NCBI GenBank assembly: GCA_963701235.1 | Contig: OY969577.1 | Location: 2,286,299 to 2,350,298, forward strand | Direction: 5' to 3' | DNA from: Candidatus Dormiibacterota bacterium | GTDB taxonomy: Bacteria > Chloroflexota > Dormibacteria > Aeolococcales > Bog-877 | DNA: 64,000 nt | Part shown: positions 10,337 to 19,715 of the stretch, one piece after another | How the letters are laid out: each line of letters begins with the position of its first letter | Position numbering within the stretch: position 1 is the stretch's first letter | The notes under the pieces: model-generated | What the model was told of the DNA's origin: nothing | What the model saw: the letters and a program-made list of their open reading frames with translations, nothing else | Databases searched by the model: none | Made by a program: the position numbers and the translations under genes

Positions 10337-10722
10337 TCCTCATCGACACCTCGGCCTGGGTGGAGTTCCTCCGCGGCACCGGGTCCAGGGCCTGTGCCGA
10401 TGTGGACCGGCTGCTCGAATCCGAGATTGCCATCACCGACCCGGTGCTCATGGAGGTGCTGGCCGGGGCTCGTAATCCCGAGCATCTGGTCCAGCTTCGC
10501 GCCCTACTGGGCATCGCCAGCATGCGCCACTGTCGCGCCGAGGACTATGAGACGGCAGCCTCTATGTATCGACACTGCCGGCAGAGCGGTGAGACCGTGC
10601 GCCGCCTCATTGACTGCCTGATCGCCGCCGTCGCGATCCGGGAGCAACTACCAGTTCTGCAGCAGGACTCGGACTTCGAGATCATCGCCCGCCACACCGC
10701 CTTGTCACTCCATGGGTACTAG
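10333..10722 (+). CDS. vapC: VapC PIN ribonuclease toxin
   Basis: ILIDTSAWVEFL, EVLAGA, IDCLIAAVA, DSDF. Confidence 0.92.
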   Translation: MILIDTSAWVEFLRGTGSRACADVDRLLESEIAITDPVLMEVLAGARNPEHLVQLRALLGIASMRHCRAEDYETAASMYRHCRQSGETVRRLIDCLIAAVAIREQLPVLQQDSDFEIIARHTALSLHGY

Positions 10723-10831
10723 CTTCGGGTGCGGGAGCGCTATTGCAGGCCTCAAGCCGACCGGCTGGGTCGCGTGGTGGCCGGCCTCGCGGATGACTGC
10801 AACACCCTTTTTCCTGGTGGACAGTAGAGGG

Positions 10832-11128
10832 GTGAAAGTGGAGGCAGACGTGGTCACGGTTAGAGAGGCAGCGCTCCTGGTCGGCCGCAACCGGGAGACG
10901 GTGCGGCGCTGGGTGCGGGGCGGCGAACTGAGCTCGGAACGCCGGGGCCGGCAGCACCTGATCTCGAGATCAGAACTGGAGGCGGTCGCCGCACGAAGAG
11001 GACGCCCTTTGCCCCTTTCTCTTGCCGGTTGGGCGAAAGAGACACGGGCAGCGCTCGAGGCAACCCGGGCTAGAAGCCTGCCCTCAGCGGCGGACCTTAT
11101 CCTGGAGGACCGGGACCGGGACGCCTGA
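10832..11128 (+). CDS. Excisionase-like helix-turn-helix protein
   Basis: TVREAALLVGRNRETVRRWVRGGEL..RRGRQHLI; start uncertain. Confidence 0.75.
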   Translation: MKVEADVVTVREAALLVGRNRETVRRWVRGGELSSERRGRQHLISRSELEAVAARRGRPLPLSLAGWAKETRAALEATRARSLPSAADLILEDRDRDA

Positions 11129-11416
11129 GCCCTTGCCGGTGGCAGACCCCAGCCCAGGTGGTTGACTGGGTGGCGCCGTTCGTCAAGAGGGGACTTGTCG
11201 CTGTTGACGAGCGCCGACGGGCTCCTGGGCGATCCCGGTTCCTGCGTCAGCGAGGCGTGCTGCTCTGTGCGCAGTCTGATCGCCCCTCGGACAGGCCTTT
11301 TCGGTCTCCGCCCGCACTGACGGCGACAAATGGTTGAAGTCCCGCCTGCTCTGCCAGATGGGTCGAGACGTCTGGGTATACCCACCCGGCGAGGATCGTC
11401 GCGGCGCTCTGGCTGC

Positions 11417-12076
11417 CTAGCCCCGCAGATCGGCCATGAAGGCTCGGTAATCGCGCTCGCCGGACTCGCGCCACATCTGCTGGAACGCCGGAGGCAGGTG
11501 CCCCAGGGTGGCCGCCACCTCCTCGGGTGTCATCTGCTCAAAGAGCAGCCCCACCATGAGCCCGAGTCGGTCTCCCTGGAAGTGTTGCGCCGCCCACCCT
11601 GGCATCTGGCCCCATTCCTCCTGGGCGACGGTCACCGCCGCCAGCGGCAGAATCTCTCGCTCCTCCTCGACCAAATGAGCGTCCAACTCGATGCTCAACC
11701 GCCGAAGGGCCACGACCAAGGCCTGACCGCGTGCCACGCAGGGATCCGCCTGGTAGGCGGCGATCGCCTTCTCCGCGGCTGACGTCACCTCATCCACTGC
11801 CTGGTGCTGGTTCTCCATCCGGTCGAGCAGCGCCTGGTGCTCGGGCGCCCTGACTCGCAACAGGGGCCACAGCAATTCGTCCTCGGCGCCGTGATGGGCT
11901 CTAAGGAAGGCGAGCACATTCGCATAGAGCGAGCCGAGTCGGTTCGCCCGCTCCCGGTCGCCGGGCGACGTGGCGTCGATCAGGCTCGGCGCCTCACCGA
12001 AGGCGGTCCGGAACATCCCATGGGGAAAGCGCATGTCCGAGGTGTCGCAGTGACGGATCGAGGTGACGTCGGTCAT
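11417..12076 (-). CDS. Hemerythrin (HHE) domain protein
   Basis: H..FR, HHGAEDELLWP, QH, HLVEEE motifs. Confidence 0.85.
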   Translation of the reverse strand: MTDVTSIRHCDTSDMRFPHGMFRTAFGEAPSLIDATSPGDRERANRLGSLYANVLAFLRAHHGAEDELLWPLLRVRAPEHQALLDRMENQHQAVDEVTSAAEKAIAAYQADPCVARGQALVVALRRLSIELDAHLVEEEREILPLAAVTVAQEEWGQMPGWAAQHFQGDRLGLMVGLLFEQMTPEEVAATLGHLPPAFQQMWRESGERDYRAFMADLRG

Positions 12077-12202
12077 TGGGGAGCTCCCTAGGTCAGATTG
12101 CCGTAGTTGGGAGAGAGCATCCGCGGCGGGGGGTGCGCAAGGCATCCCCTGATCTGGCCAACTTCGGTTATCGAGGGATGGTCCGGTCGGGCCATCCCCA
12201 AT

Positions 12203-13826
12203 TCAGCTGAGACCCAGGCGGACCGCCGCCGCTGCCGCCGCGGTCCGGGTAGGCACCTCCAGCTTGTGCAGCACCGAGGCCACGTGGCGGTGGACCGTGT
12301 GCGGGCTAAGCCGCAGTTCCCGCGCGATCGCCGGATTGCTGAGCCCTTGAACCAAGAGGCGGAGGACCTCGGTCTCGCGCCGGGTCAGCCGGGTGCTGTC
12401 CCTGCCGAACTCCGACTGCGCCAGCAACCGACGGGCCGCCTCGAGGGCGTGACCAGCCTCCTCAGCCCGGCCAGCCGTGCGCAGGACCGCGGCCTCGTGA
12501 AGACGAGCCTGGGCGGCGTCAAAAGCCGCTGCCACAGTCGGCGAAAAGGCGCGCCGCCTCGCGGTCGGCGGCCACCGCCGTCTCGGTGTCGCCGCTCAGG
12601 CCGCGGGCCGCGGCTGTGGCCAGCGCCAGCCAGGCGCGGGCTGGGCTGGTGGCGATTTGCTCGGCCAGGGGGCGAAGCTCATCGAGGCAGCGCTGGGCTA
12701 GAGCTGATTCGCCACCGGCCGCGGCCGCCCGCACCGTCAGCTGCAGGGAGAGGACGCGTCGGGTGTCGTGCTCGGAGCTGGTCATGGTGTCGATCTCCCG
12801 GGCCAGAGTCAGGGCCCTGGTCGTCTGGCCCTGGTCGAGGGCCAGCTCGGCACGCAGCCGCATGGCCTCGACGGAGTCACCGCCGTCGAGGAGGAGTTTG
12901 CTCGCCGCCTGGCGATTCCCCCGGCGCCGCTCCAGGTCTGCCAGCTTCACCAGGACGTTGCCCCGAATCTGCCGGTGGCCCAGCCGCCACCTGCCCGAGT
13001 TGAACATCGCCAAGGCGTCGCGGAGCTTGGCCTCACCCTCGTGGGTGCGCCCCAGCACCCCCAGGATCCAGCCGTAGCTGGCCAGGCAGTTGGCTTTGAG
13101 AAAGCCGTTGGGACGGTTGCCGTTAGACCCCAGCCCGATCCGACACCACTCCTCGGCGCGGGCGTAGTCCTGGGCCAGTTCACAGGCGGCCAGGGTGACG
13201 CAGAAGCAGTCACCGATCACCAGCGGTGCGGTGGTGTCGCCGCCGGTGACCCCGGCCATGGTCTCGTCCAGCAGGGCCATGCCCGCATTGACCTGGCCGA
13301 GGAGGACCAGGGCCAGCCCGTGGGCGGCGTGGGCGGAGAGCTCCAGGTCCCGGCTGCCCAGGTGATCGGCGATGACCTCGGCCTCCAGGGCCGCCGCCTC
13401 CAGCCGGCGCGAGTCGCCGCTGAACGAGGCGCGGGCGAGCAGCAGCCACCCCTGTTCAGGACACTCCGGGAGGTCCTCGAGCAGCCGCTCGGCGCGGCCG
13501 AACCAGCCACTGGCCACTGCCCGGTCGCCATGGGTCAGCGCCTCCTCGACCCCGGTCCAGCAGGCGCACCAGGCGGCGCGCCGGACCATGCCGGTATCCA
13601 AAAGGCGCCGGTAGGCCAGCTTCATCTCGTCGATGGCGGCGTTGGTGTCGGAGCCGCACCAGAGCGCAACTGCGAGAAGGACGTGGGCCTCCCCAGCGTC
13701 GGCGAGCGTCAGGCTGCGGCGGGCAAACTCCGCGGCAGCCTGCCAGTCGCCCTCCATGAGGGCCCGCTCTCCGAGGTCAATTTCCGCTTGTCCCGGCAGG
13801 GCGGGGGGCGGCAGAGTCTCCCGCAC
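12203..13826 (-). pseudogene. Large LuxR-family regulator (helical repeats plus C-terminal HTH) with a frameshift near 12521-12524
   Basis: N-part with VASGWFGRAERLL..GWL; C-part LTRRETEVL...SNPAIAREL.LS.HTV..HV..VL.KL; removing one base from the A4 run joins them as CGSGFDAAQ. Confidence 0.8.
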
Positions 13827-14255
13827 CTATCGAAACGACTTGCGAACTGGCGTGGTCCTGGGCCCCAGGTCCGCAGCGTGGAGCATCACCATTCGAGTCC
13901 CCGCGGAGGTAGTGGTCGTCGGGTGGCGTAGCTCGCTCATGGGAGCCCCTTAGCCATGGCGCGGTCAGTTTGGCAGACAGCGGCTCGGCTCGCCACCCGC
14001 CCGAGCAAGTAGCTGGCGGCGTGAACCGGTGCCGCTGGAGCGACTCCAGACGCCGCGCCTCAATTACCTAGGACTCCTCACGCATCTCCCCCGTGGCTTC
14101 GCGAGGGTCGGCACACCGCCGGCACAGTACCGTCGGATGCACCCGTCGAGGTCCGATCGGGAGCATGTCTGCGAGCTTGTTGGCTCGAGCTAGCCAGCGG
14201 TCGCGGCGGCCGCGGGTCCTCGCGGGCCAGGATTGGCCTGAGCGGCTCCCCACCC

Positions 14256-15836
14256 TCAGCTGAGATCCTCGACGGTCTTCCAGAGCTGGGCGATGGAGTG
14301 CTTGGGGTCACGAGCGAGCAGGATCGGCACACCATTCTCAGCCGGCATGCAGTAGGCGCAGCGGGAGCGCCCGAGCACTCTGACTGAGGCAAAGCTTTGC
14401 CAGACCTGGGTCAGCGGCACCCCTACGGTGATCACCGAGCGCCCAGTGCAGTGCCCGGGGCCCCAGAAATAGAAGCTGTTGTCGCCGCTGATGGCCGGGG
14501 GTAGATGCTCGCCGCGCCCCAGAAAGTCCAGGGCCGCCGCCTCACCGTAGTTGGCAGCGAAGATGCAGGTGGACAGACGCTCCTGGCGGGGCAGCTCCCT
14601 GATCGCCCCCGCGACCCGGTGACTGAGCGAGACCCAGCCGAAGCGGTCGGCCAGCCACTGAGGCAACGGCGCGCCGCGATGCTGTTCCATCTGGGCTCCG
14701 GCGTCAGTGCCGAGGAAGCCGTAGGCGCTGGCGAAGGTGGCCGGGGGCAGGATGGGCATGGCGATGGGGGCCAGCAGGGCCCCGCTCAGCGCCATCAGGC
14801 CGAGGCAGAGGGTCCCCGGCCAGCGGGCTCCCAGGCGGCGGAGCTTGGGCGCCAGCCAAACCCCACCGGCGGCGAAGAGGAAGGGGTAGGCGGGAGCCAG
14901 ATAGTAGGACTTGGAGGGAGTGAGGCAGAACCACACGAAGAGCACGGCGAAGGCAAGGCCCAGCGCCCGAAGCCGGGGCCCGGCTCCGCCCCGCAGCAGC
15001 CAGACCTCCCCGCCCAGCCAGAGCGGGAGGGTGAGCGGGTTCATGACGTAGACCTGCTGGCCGACGAAGCTTAGGGGGGAGAGGCTGACCAGCGTCCCCA
15101 GATAGTTGTGCCAGTACGTGAGCGTGGGCCAGCCGTTCTGAAACTCCCAGACCAGGTACGGGGCCAGCCCGGCCCCGGCGATCCCCAGGGCCAGCCAGGG
15201 CCACCTGGTCTTGAACTCGGCCCGGGCCGGCGTCGCCAGCAGCCCCAGGGCCAGCGCGGCGAGGAAGAAAAGGATGGTGACCTTGGTGAGCATGCCCAGC
15301 CCGGCCACGGCCCCGATCAGGAGCCACAGCCGCGGCGTCGAACGGCGAAGCAGACGCACCAGGAGGTAGGCGATCAAGGTCCACCAGAGCTCGTCGAGCG
15401 AGTCCATCGAGAAGATCGACCCAGTGGCGAGGAAGGTCAGGCAGACCAGGCTGGCGCTGGCGGCCAGCGCCTGCGCCAGCTTTGAGCCCCCCAATTCCCG
15501 GGCGGTCAGCCCGGTGACCAGGATCAGCAGCGAGCTGGCCAGGGCGGGGATGACATGGAGGGTAAGCAAGGAGTCTCCGGCGAGCAGCCCCAACCCCCAG
15601 GCCAGGAAGGCCATCAGGAGCGGGAAGTCGACATAGCCCAGGGCCAGGTGGTGTCCGGCGGCGATGTAGTAGAGCTCGTCGCGGAAGTAGCCGTAGTTGG
15701 AGGCCACCAGCATGTGGCCGGCAAAGCCCAGGCCGGCCAGGCCTATCAGCATCAGCGAGCCGGAGGAGATCCGGTCGGCAAGACCGGCCAGAAGACGCCT
15801 GGGGTTGACGGTGGTGGCGAATGGGAGATCAGTCAT
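14256..15836 (-). CDS. Glycosyltransferase family 39 (ArnT/PMT-like) membrane protein
   Basis: YGYFRDELYY, GYVDFP, many TM segments, NYGEAAA..SGDNSF. Confidence 0.88.
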   Translation of the reverse strand: MTDLPFATTVNPRRLLAGLADRISSGSLMLIGLAGLGFAGHMLVASNYGYFRDELYYIAAGHHLALGYVDFPLLMAFLAWGLGLLAGDSLLTLHVIPALASSLLILVTGLTARELGGSKLAQALAASASLVCLTFLATGSIFSMDSLDELWWTLIAYLLVRLLRRSTPRLWLLIGAVAGLGMLTKVTILFFLAALALGLLATPARAEFKTRWPWLALGIAGAGLAPYLVWEFQNGWPTLTYWHNYLGTLVSLSPLSFVGQQVYVMNPLTLPLWLGGEVWLLRGGAGPRLRALGLAFAVLFVWFCLTPSKSYYLAPAYPFLFAAGGVWLAPKLRRLGARWPGTLCLGLMALSGALLAPIAMPILPPATFASAYGFLGTDAGAQMEQHRGAPLPQWLADRFGWVSLSHRVAGAIRELPRQERLSTCIFAANYGEAAALDFLGRGEHLPPAISGDNSFYFWGPGHCTGRSVITVGVPLTQVWQSFASVRVLGRSRCAYCMPAENGVPILLARDPKHSIAQLWKTVEDLS

Positions 15837-15967
15837 GTCCCCAGTCTTGCCCCCCGCTCAGCGCCTGTCGACCGCCCGACGGATGATTTTTTCCCCGCCC
15901 CCGGAATGACCCGGTCTCCTCCTCCAGGCGGATGTGCCTCGAGCGGGTCCCGGGCTACCATCGCGCC

Positions 15968-17137
15968 GTGACCGAAGCGCTCAGGAGGTGGCGCGCCCGC
16001 GGCGCCCCGGGGATGGACCTGGCCCTGGCCCTCCTGGTGGCCGCCGCGGCTCTGCTCCTGCTCTGGCTGCCTCCGGCGCCGCGTTCGGGGACGGGCCCGC
16101 TCTCGGTCGCCCTGCTGCTGGCGGCGTCGCTACCTCTGGCCTGGCGCCGCCGCTACCCCTTCCCGGTGTTCCTGGTGGTGGGCGGGGCCGCCCTGACCCA
16201 CGTCGGCTTCGGCTACCAGAACGACTTCCCGGTCACCTTCGCCGTGCTGGTGGGGCTCTTCACCGTCGCTCAGTACTCTCCCCGTCGGCTGGCCTGGCTG
16301 GCGGCGGCCCTGGTGGCGGTGCTGCTGCCGGTCAACTTCGGGCTCACCTGGTCCCACCAGCACCAGGTGGTCCTCTCCGACATCCCCTTCAACTACGGGC
16401 TCTTCGTCAGTGCCTGGGTGCTTGGCGACGACCTCCGCCAGCGCGGGCTGCGCTTCCAGGACCTGCAGGAGAGGGTCCTGCGCCGGGAGCGGGAAGAGGC
16501 CGACCGGCTGAGCCGGGCCGCCGACCAGGAGCGGCTTCGGATCTCCCGCGAGCTGCACGACGTGATCGCCCACAGCATCACCCTGATGGTGGTGCAGGCG
16601 GGTGGGGCGAGACGCATCGTCGAGTCCCAGCCAGGCGCAGCCGAGCAGGCGCTGCGGGAGATCGAGCGGGTGGGACGGGAGGCCCTGAGCGACATCCGAA
16701 GGCTGCTGGGACTGGCCCGCACTGCCCCCGGGGACGGCGTGGCGCCGCCCCAGCCCCGGCTGGCCGACCTGGAGCCCTTGCTGGAGCGCTGCCGGGGCGC
16801 CGGCATCGAGGTCAGCCTGCGCATCTCGGGCGAGCCGCGGCAGCTCAGGGATGGCATCGAGCTGTCCGCCTACCGGATCGTCCAGGAGGCGCTCACCAAC
16901 GCCATCAAACACAGCCGGGCCAGCTCGGTGGAGGTTGAGCTCGAGTACCTGGCCCGAGAGCTCAGGGTCCAGGTCCTGGACGACGGCCTGGCCCGCCCCG
17001 CCCCGGACGGCGGCGGTCAGGGCCTGGTCGGGATCCGCGAGCGAGCCGCCACCTTCGGCGGCTCGGCGGAGGCCGGTCCCCGCCCCGACGGCGGCTGGCT
17101 GGTCTCCGCCCGGCTGCCCCTCACTGGTGAGCTGTGA
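15968..17137 (+). CDS. Sensor histidine kinase (HisKA_3)
   Basis: ERLRISRELHDVIAH, YRIVQEALTNAIKH, DDG, GQGLVGIRER. Confidence 0.92.
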   Translation: MTEALRRWRARGAPGMDLALALLVAAAALLLLWLPPAPRSGTGPLSVALLLAASLPLAWRRRYPFPVFLVVGGAALTHVGFGYQNDFPVTFAVLVGLFTVAQYSPRRLAWLAAALVAVLLPVNFGLTWSHQHQVVLSDIPFNYGLFVSAWVLGDDLRQRGLRFQDLQERVLRREREEADRLSRAADQERLRISRELHDVIAHSITLMVVQAGGARRIVESQPGAAEQALREIERVGREALSDIRRLLGLARTAPGDGVAPPQPRLADLEPLLERCRGAGIEVSLRISGEPRQLRDGIELSAYRIVQEALTNAIKHSRASSVEVELEYLARELRVQVLDDGLARPAPDGGGQGLVGIRERAATFGGSAEAGPRPDGGWLVSARLPLTGEL

Positions 17138-17814
17138 TCCGGGTCCTGATCGCGGACGACCAGCCCCTGATGCGGGCCGGCCTGCGCCTGATCTTCGAGC
17201 CGGAGCGGGACATCGAGGTGGTCGCCGACGCCGGCAACGGCCGGGAGGCGGTCAGGCTCTGCCTGACCCTCCGCCCCGACGTCGCCATCTTGGACATCCG
17301 GATGCCGATCATGGACGGCATCGAGGCGACCTCCCAGGTGGCTGGCCGGGAGAGCACCCGGGTGCTGGTGCTGACCACCTTCGACGACGACGACTACGTC
17401 TACCGGGCCCTGCGGGCCGGTGCCAGCGGCTTTCTGCTCAAGGACGCCCCTCCCGAGCAGATCGTGGCCGGGGTCAGGACGGTGGCCGCCGGAGAGGCCC
17501 TGCTGGCTCCCGCCATCACCAGGAGCCTGATCGCCCAGTACACCGCCCGGACAAGGCCCGATCCCGGTCGAGAGCCGCCCTGGGCGGAGCTGACCGAGCG
17601 GGAGCTGGTGGTGCTGCGGCTGATGGCTCTGGGGCTGGCCAACTCCGAGATCGCCGAGCGCCTCCACCTCGGCGCCTCCACGGTCAAGACCCACGTCGGC
17701 CACATCCTCATGAAGCTGGACCTTCGGGATCGGGTCCAGGCGGTGGTCCTGGCCTACCAGGCGGGGCTGCTCCAGGATGGGGACCAGGAGGACGCCAGCT
17801 CGAGCCCGGGCTGA
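17134..17814 (+). CDS. NarL/LuxR family response regulator
   Basis: LIADDQ, LDIRMP, LTTFD, FLLKD, C-terminal HTH; GTGA overlap with the kinase. Confidence 0.95.
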   Translation: MIRVLIADDQPLMRAGLRLIFEPERDIEVVADAGNGREAVRLCLTLRPDVAILDIRMPIMDGIEATSQVAGRESTRVLVLTTFDDDDYVYRALRAGASGFLLKDAPPEQIVAGVRTVAAGEALLAPAITRSLIAQYTARTRPDPGREPPWAELTERELVVLRLMALGLANSEIAERLHLGASTVKTHVGHILMKLDLRDRVQAVVLAYQAGLLQDGDQEDASSSPG

Positions 17815-17831
17815 GCTGGGCGCGATCCGGC

Positions 17832-18323
17832 TCAGGCGCTGGAGGGGGCGGCCCTGGGGGCCCTCGAGATGGCCCGGAAGACGACCCAGCTGAAGCAGAA
17901 GACGGCGACGGCGAAGCTGGCCGCCATGATCATGGAGCTGAGGTCGTGGTGGTAGCTGAGGAAGGAGGCTCCGTTGAAGCCGGCCGCCAGCACCGCCAGC
18001 AGCCCCAGGACCGAGATCGCCCGCAGCCCCTGGCCGGGGGCCCGGAAGGCGGCCAGGACCAGGCGCAGAGCGGCCAGGAAGATGAGGAGTCCCAGGCCCG
18101 CATGGGCGGCGAGCAGGTTCCCGTGGGAGAGCCCCCAGAGCACGCTCTGGAAGGCTCTCAGGAAGTAGTCGGAGCCGCTGCTGCCGGGGTGCCGGCGAGG
18201 CAGGGCCACGTAGAGATTGAGCAGCATCCCCAGCAGGTACTGGACAAGGCAGAGAAGGACCAGGACCATGCCCAGCCGGCGCAGCCCGGTGATCCGGCTC
18301 AGAGCCCGATCCGGGTCGGTCAT
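17832..18323 (-). CDS. Hypothetical 4-TM membrane protein
   Basis: Four hydrophobic helices; divergent from marR. Confidence 0.7.
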   Translation of the reverse strand: MTDPDRALSRITGLRRLGMVLVLLCLVQYLLGMLLNLYVALPRRHPGSSGSDYFLRAFQSVLWGLSHGNLLAAHAGLGLLIFLAALRLVLAAFRAPGQGLRAISVLGLLAVLAAGFNGASFLSYHHDLSSMIMAASFAVAVFCFSWVVFRAISRAPRAAPSSA

Positions 18324-18348
18324 CCGCTACAATCCCCTCAACTTGAAA

Positions 18349-18369
18349 GTATCTTAGAGAATAAGATAC
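18349..18369. promoter_or_regulatory. Inverted-repeat operator, likely bound by MarR
   Basis: Perfect AT-rich IR GTATCTTA-gagaa-TAAGATAC between divergent genes. Confidence 0.75.
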
Positions 18370-18384
18370 AGGAGGCGGCTGGCC

Positions 18385-18849
18385 ATGTCAAAAGCGGCGG
18401 CAGCGGCGGCTGCGGAGGCCCTGGTCGTGACGGTGGACCAGCGCCTGCGCCGGCTCACCACCCTGATCGACGGACTGGACCAGCGGGCGGCCCTTGGGCT
18501 GGGGGTCAACCGCACCGACCTGCGCCTGCTCGACCTGCTGGCGCAGACCGGCCCCCAGAGCCTGGCCCAGCTGGGCCGGTCCCAGGGGCTGAGCAGCGGC
18601 GGCATGACCGTCGCCATCGACCGCCTCAGCCAGCTGGGCTACGTCCGCCGCCGCCCCCACGCCTCGGACCGCCGCACCCTCCTGGTCGAGCTCACCCCCC
18701 GGCTCTGGGAGCGGGCGGAGCCCATCTTCGGGGCCCTGCAGCGAAGGGTGCAAGAGCTGCTCCGCGGCTACTCCCCAGAGCAGCTCTTGGAGCTGGACCG
18801 GTTCCTGGGCTCTTGGGAGCAGGCGATCCGGGAATCGGGGACCCCCTAG
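18385..18849 (+). CDS. MarR family regulator
   Basis: TDLRLLDLL, LSSGGMTVAIDRL...DRR..LVELT; AGGAGG SD. Confidence 0.92.
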   Translation: MSKAAAAAAAEALVVTVDQRLRRLTTLIDGLDQRAALGLGVNRTDLRLLDLLAQTGPQSLAQLGRSQGLSSGGMTVAIDRLSQLGYVRRRPHASDRRTLLVELTPRLWERAEPIFGALQRRVQELLRGYSPEQLLELDRFLGSWEQAIRESGTP

Positions 18850-18904
18850 GGCTGCCCCGGGCCTCCGTACCCCGGGCCACCCCTTCCGGCCGGCCCCGAT
18901 CCAT

Positions 18905-19113
18905 ACCCCGGCTGAATTCGCCGCGGCCGGTCCATCCGGGGCGAGTCTCGCGGCTAACCGGGCCCCTTCACCCAAGAGCTGGCCGCTTTCGGCCGCCCCT
19001 CTCCCCCCTGAGTTTGCCGCGAGTGGCCCATCTCCCGGCTGAGCTTGCGGCGGGTGGGCCCGTTGGCCCATCCCCCCTGAGTTTGCCGCGGGTGGCGCAG
19101 CCACTCGCGGCAA
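18905..19113. repeat. REP-like GC-rich repeat cluster with hairpin
   Basis: TCCCCCCTGAGTTTGCCGCG at 19002 and 19071, degenerate copies near 18905 and 19033, inverted copy 19100-19113. Confidence 0.7.
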
Positions 19114-19580
19114 GCGCGAGGTTGGGGCGGGTGGGCCGTGGCGGGAGGCAGGGAGCGGAGGTGGGGTGTTTACGAAGTGGGGTTGGGAGGCGAGAGGGAG
19201 GCTCCCTTGGTGGCTGACGCCCCCAGGGGGGAGATTAGACATCCACGCAGGACCGCGCGAGTTTAAGAAGCAGTTCTTCTCTACGCGCGCGACACGCGGT
19301 TTAGGAATCCGCGTGCATCCGTCCATCTGGTGCTCTCCAGTAGTTTCGTAGTTCAGAGTAGGCGGTTCAGTCCGCCTGGTGTGGTCCTGTGGGAACCAGT
19401 TATGGGCGTTTGATTCCCAAGCAGCTCGGTAGGTCGCGAGGGCAACAGCGGCCTCGGCTTCCAATCCAGTGTCGGATGCTTGATCATCTTCGGGTGATCC
19501 CAGCGGGTGAGCTAGACCTCGCCTACCGCTCCACCCACGAGAGGACGCAGGTCGGCCGACGGCGAACGTATGATCGATGT

Positions 19581-19715
19581 ATGTCGATCGCCGTCACCCG
19601 CCAAAATCAACCATCTCCACGACCTCGACCTTTGGTCTCGACCACCCAACCCCTTGGGCCAGTTCGCGTGGCGCTAGTTCCAGGTCAGAGCCAGTCGTGG
19701 AGGAGTGATCGATGA
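19581..19715 (+). CDS. Possible 44-aa leader ORF of the defence operon
   Basis: ATG 6 nt after TATGAT (19569-19574); stop overlaps the next ATG (ATGA). Confidence 0.35.
   Translation: MSIAVTRQNQPSPRPRPLVSTTQPLGPVRVALVPGQSQSWRSDR

Noticed and set aside
18905-19113. CRISPR array
   Set aside because: Degenerate units, irregular short spacing, no cas genes
16851-19217. 788-aa ORF and other long alternative-frame or antisense ORFs (e.g. 8186-9169, 12768-13931, 18388-19464)
   Set aside because: Pro/Gly/Arg-rich shadows of real genes, expected in high-GC DNA
19289-19440. Intact tRNA gene
   Set aside because: Only anticodon-arm-like fragments (TTCCTAAACCG on minus; TTCCCAAGC on plus); no T-arm GTTCGA or acceptor stem
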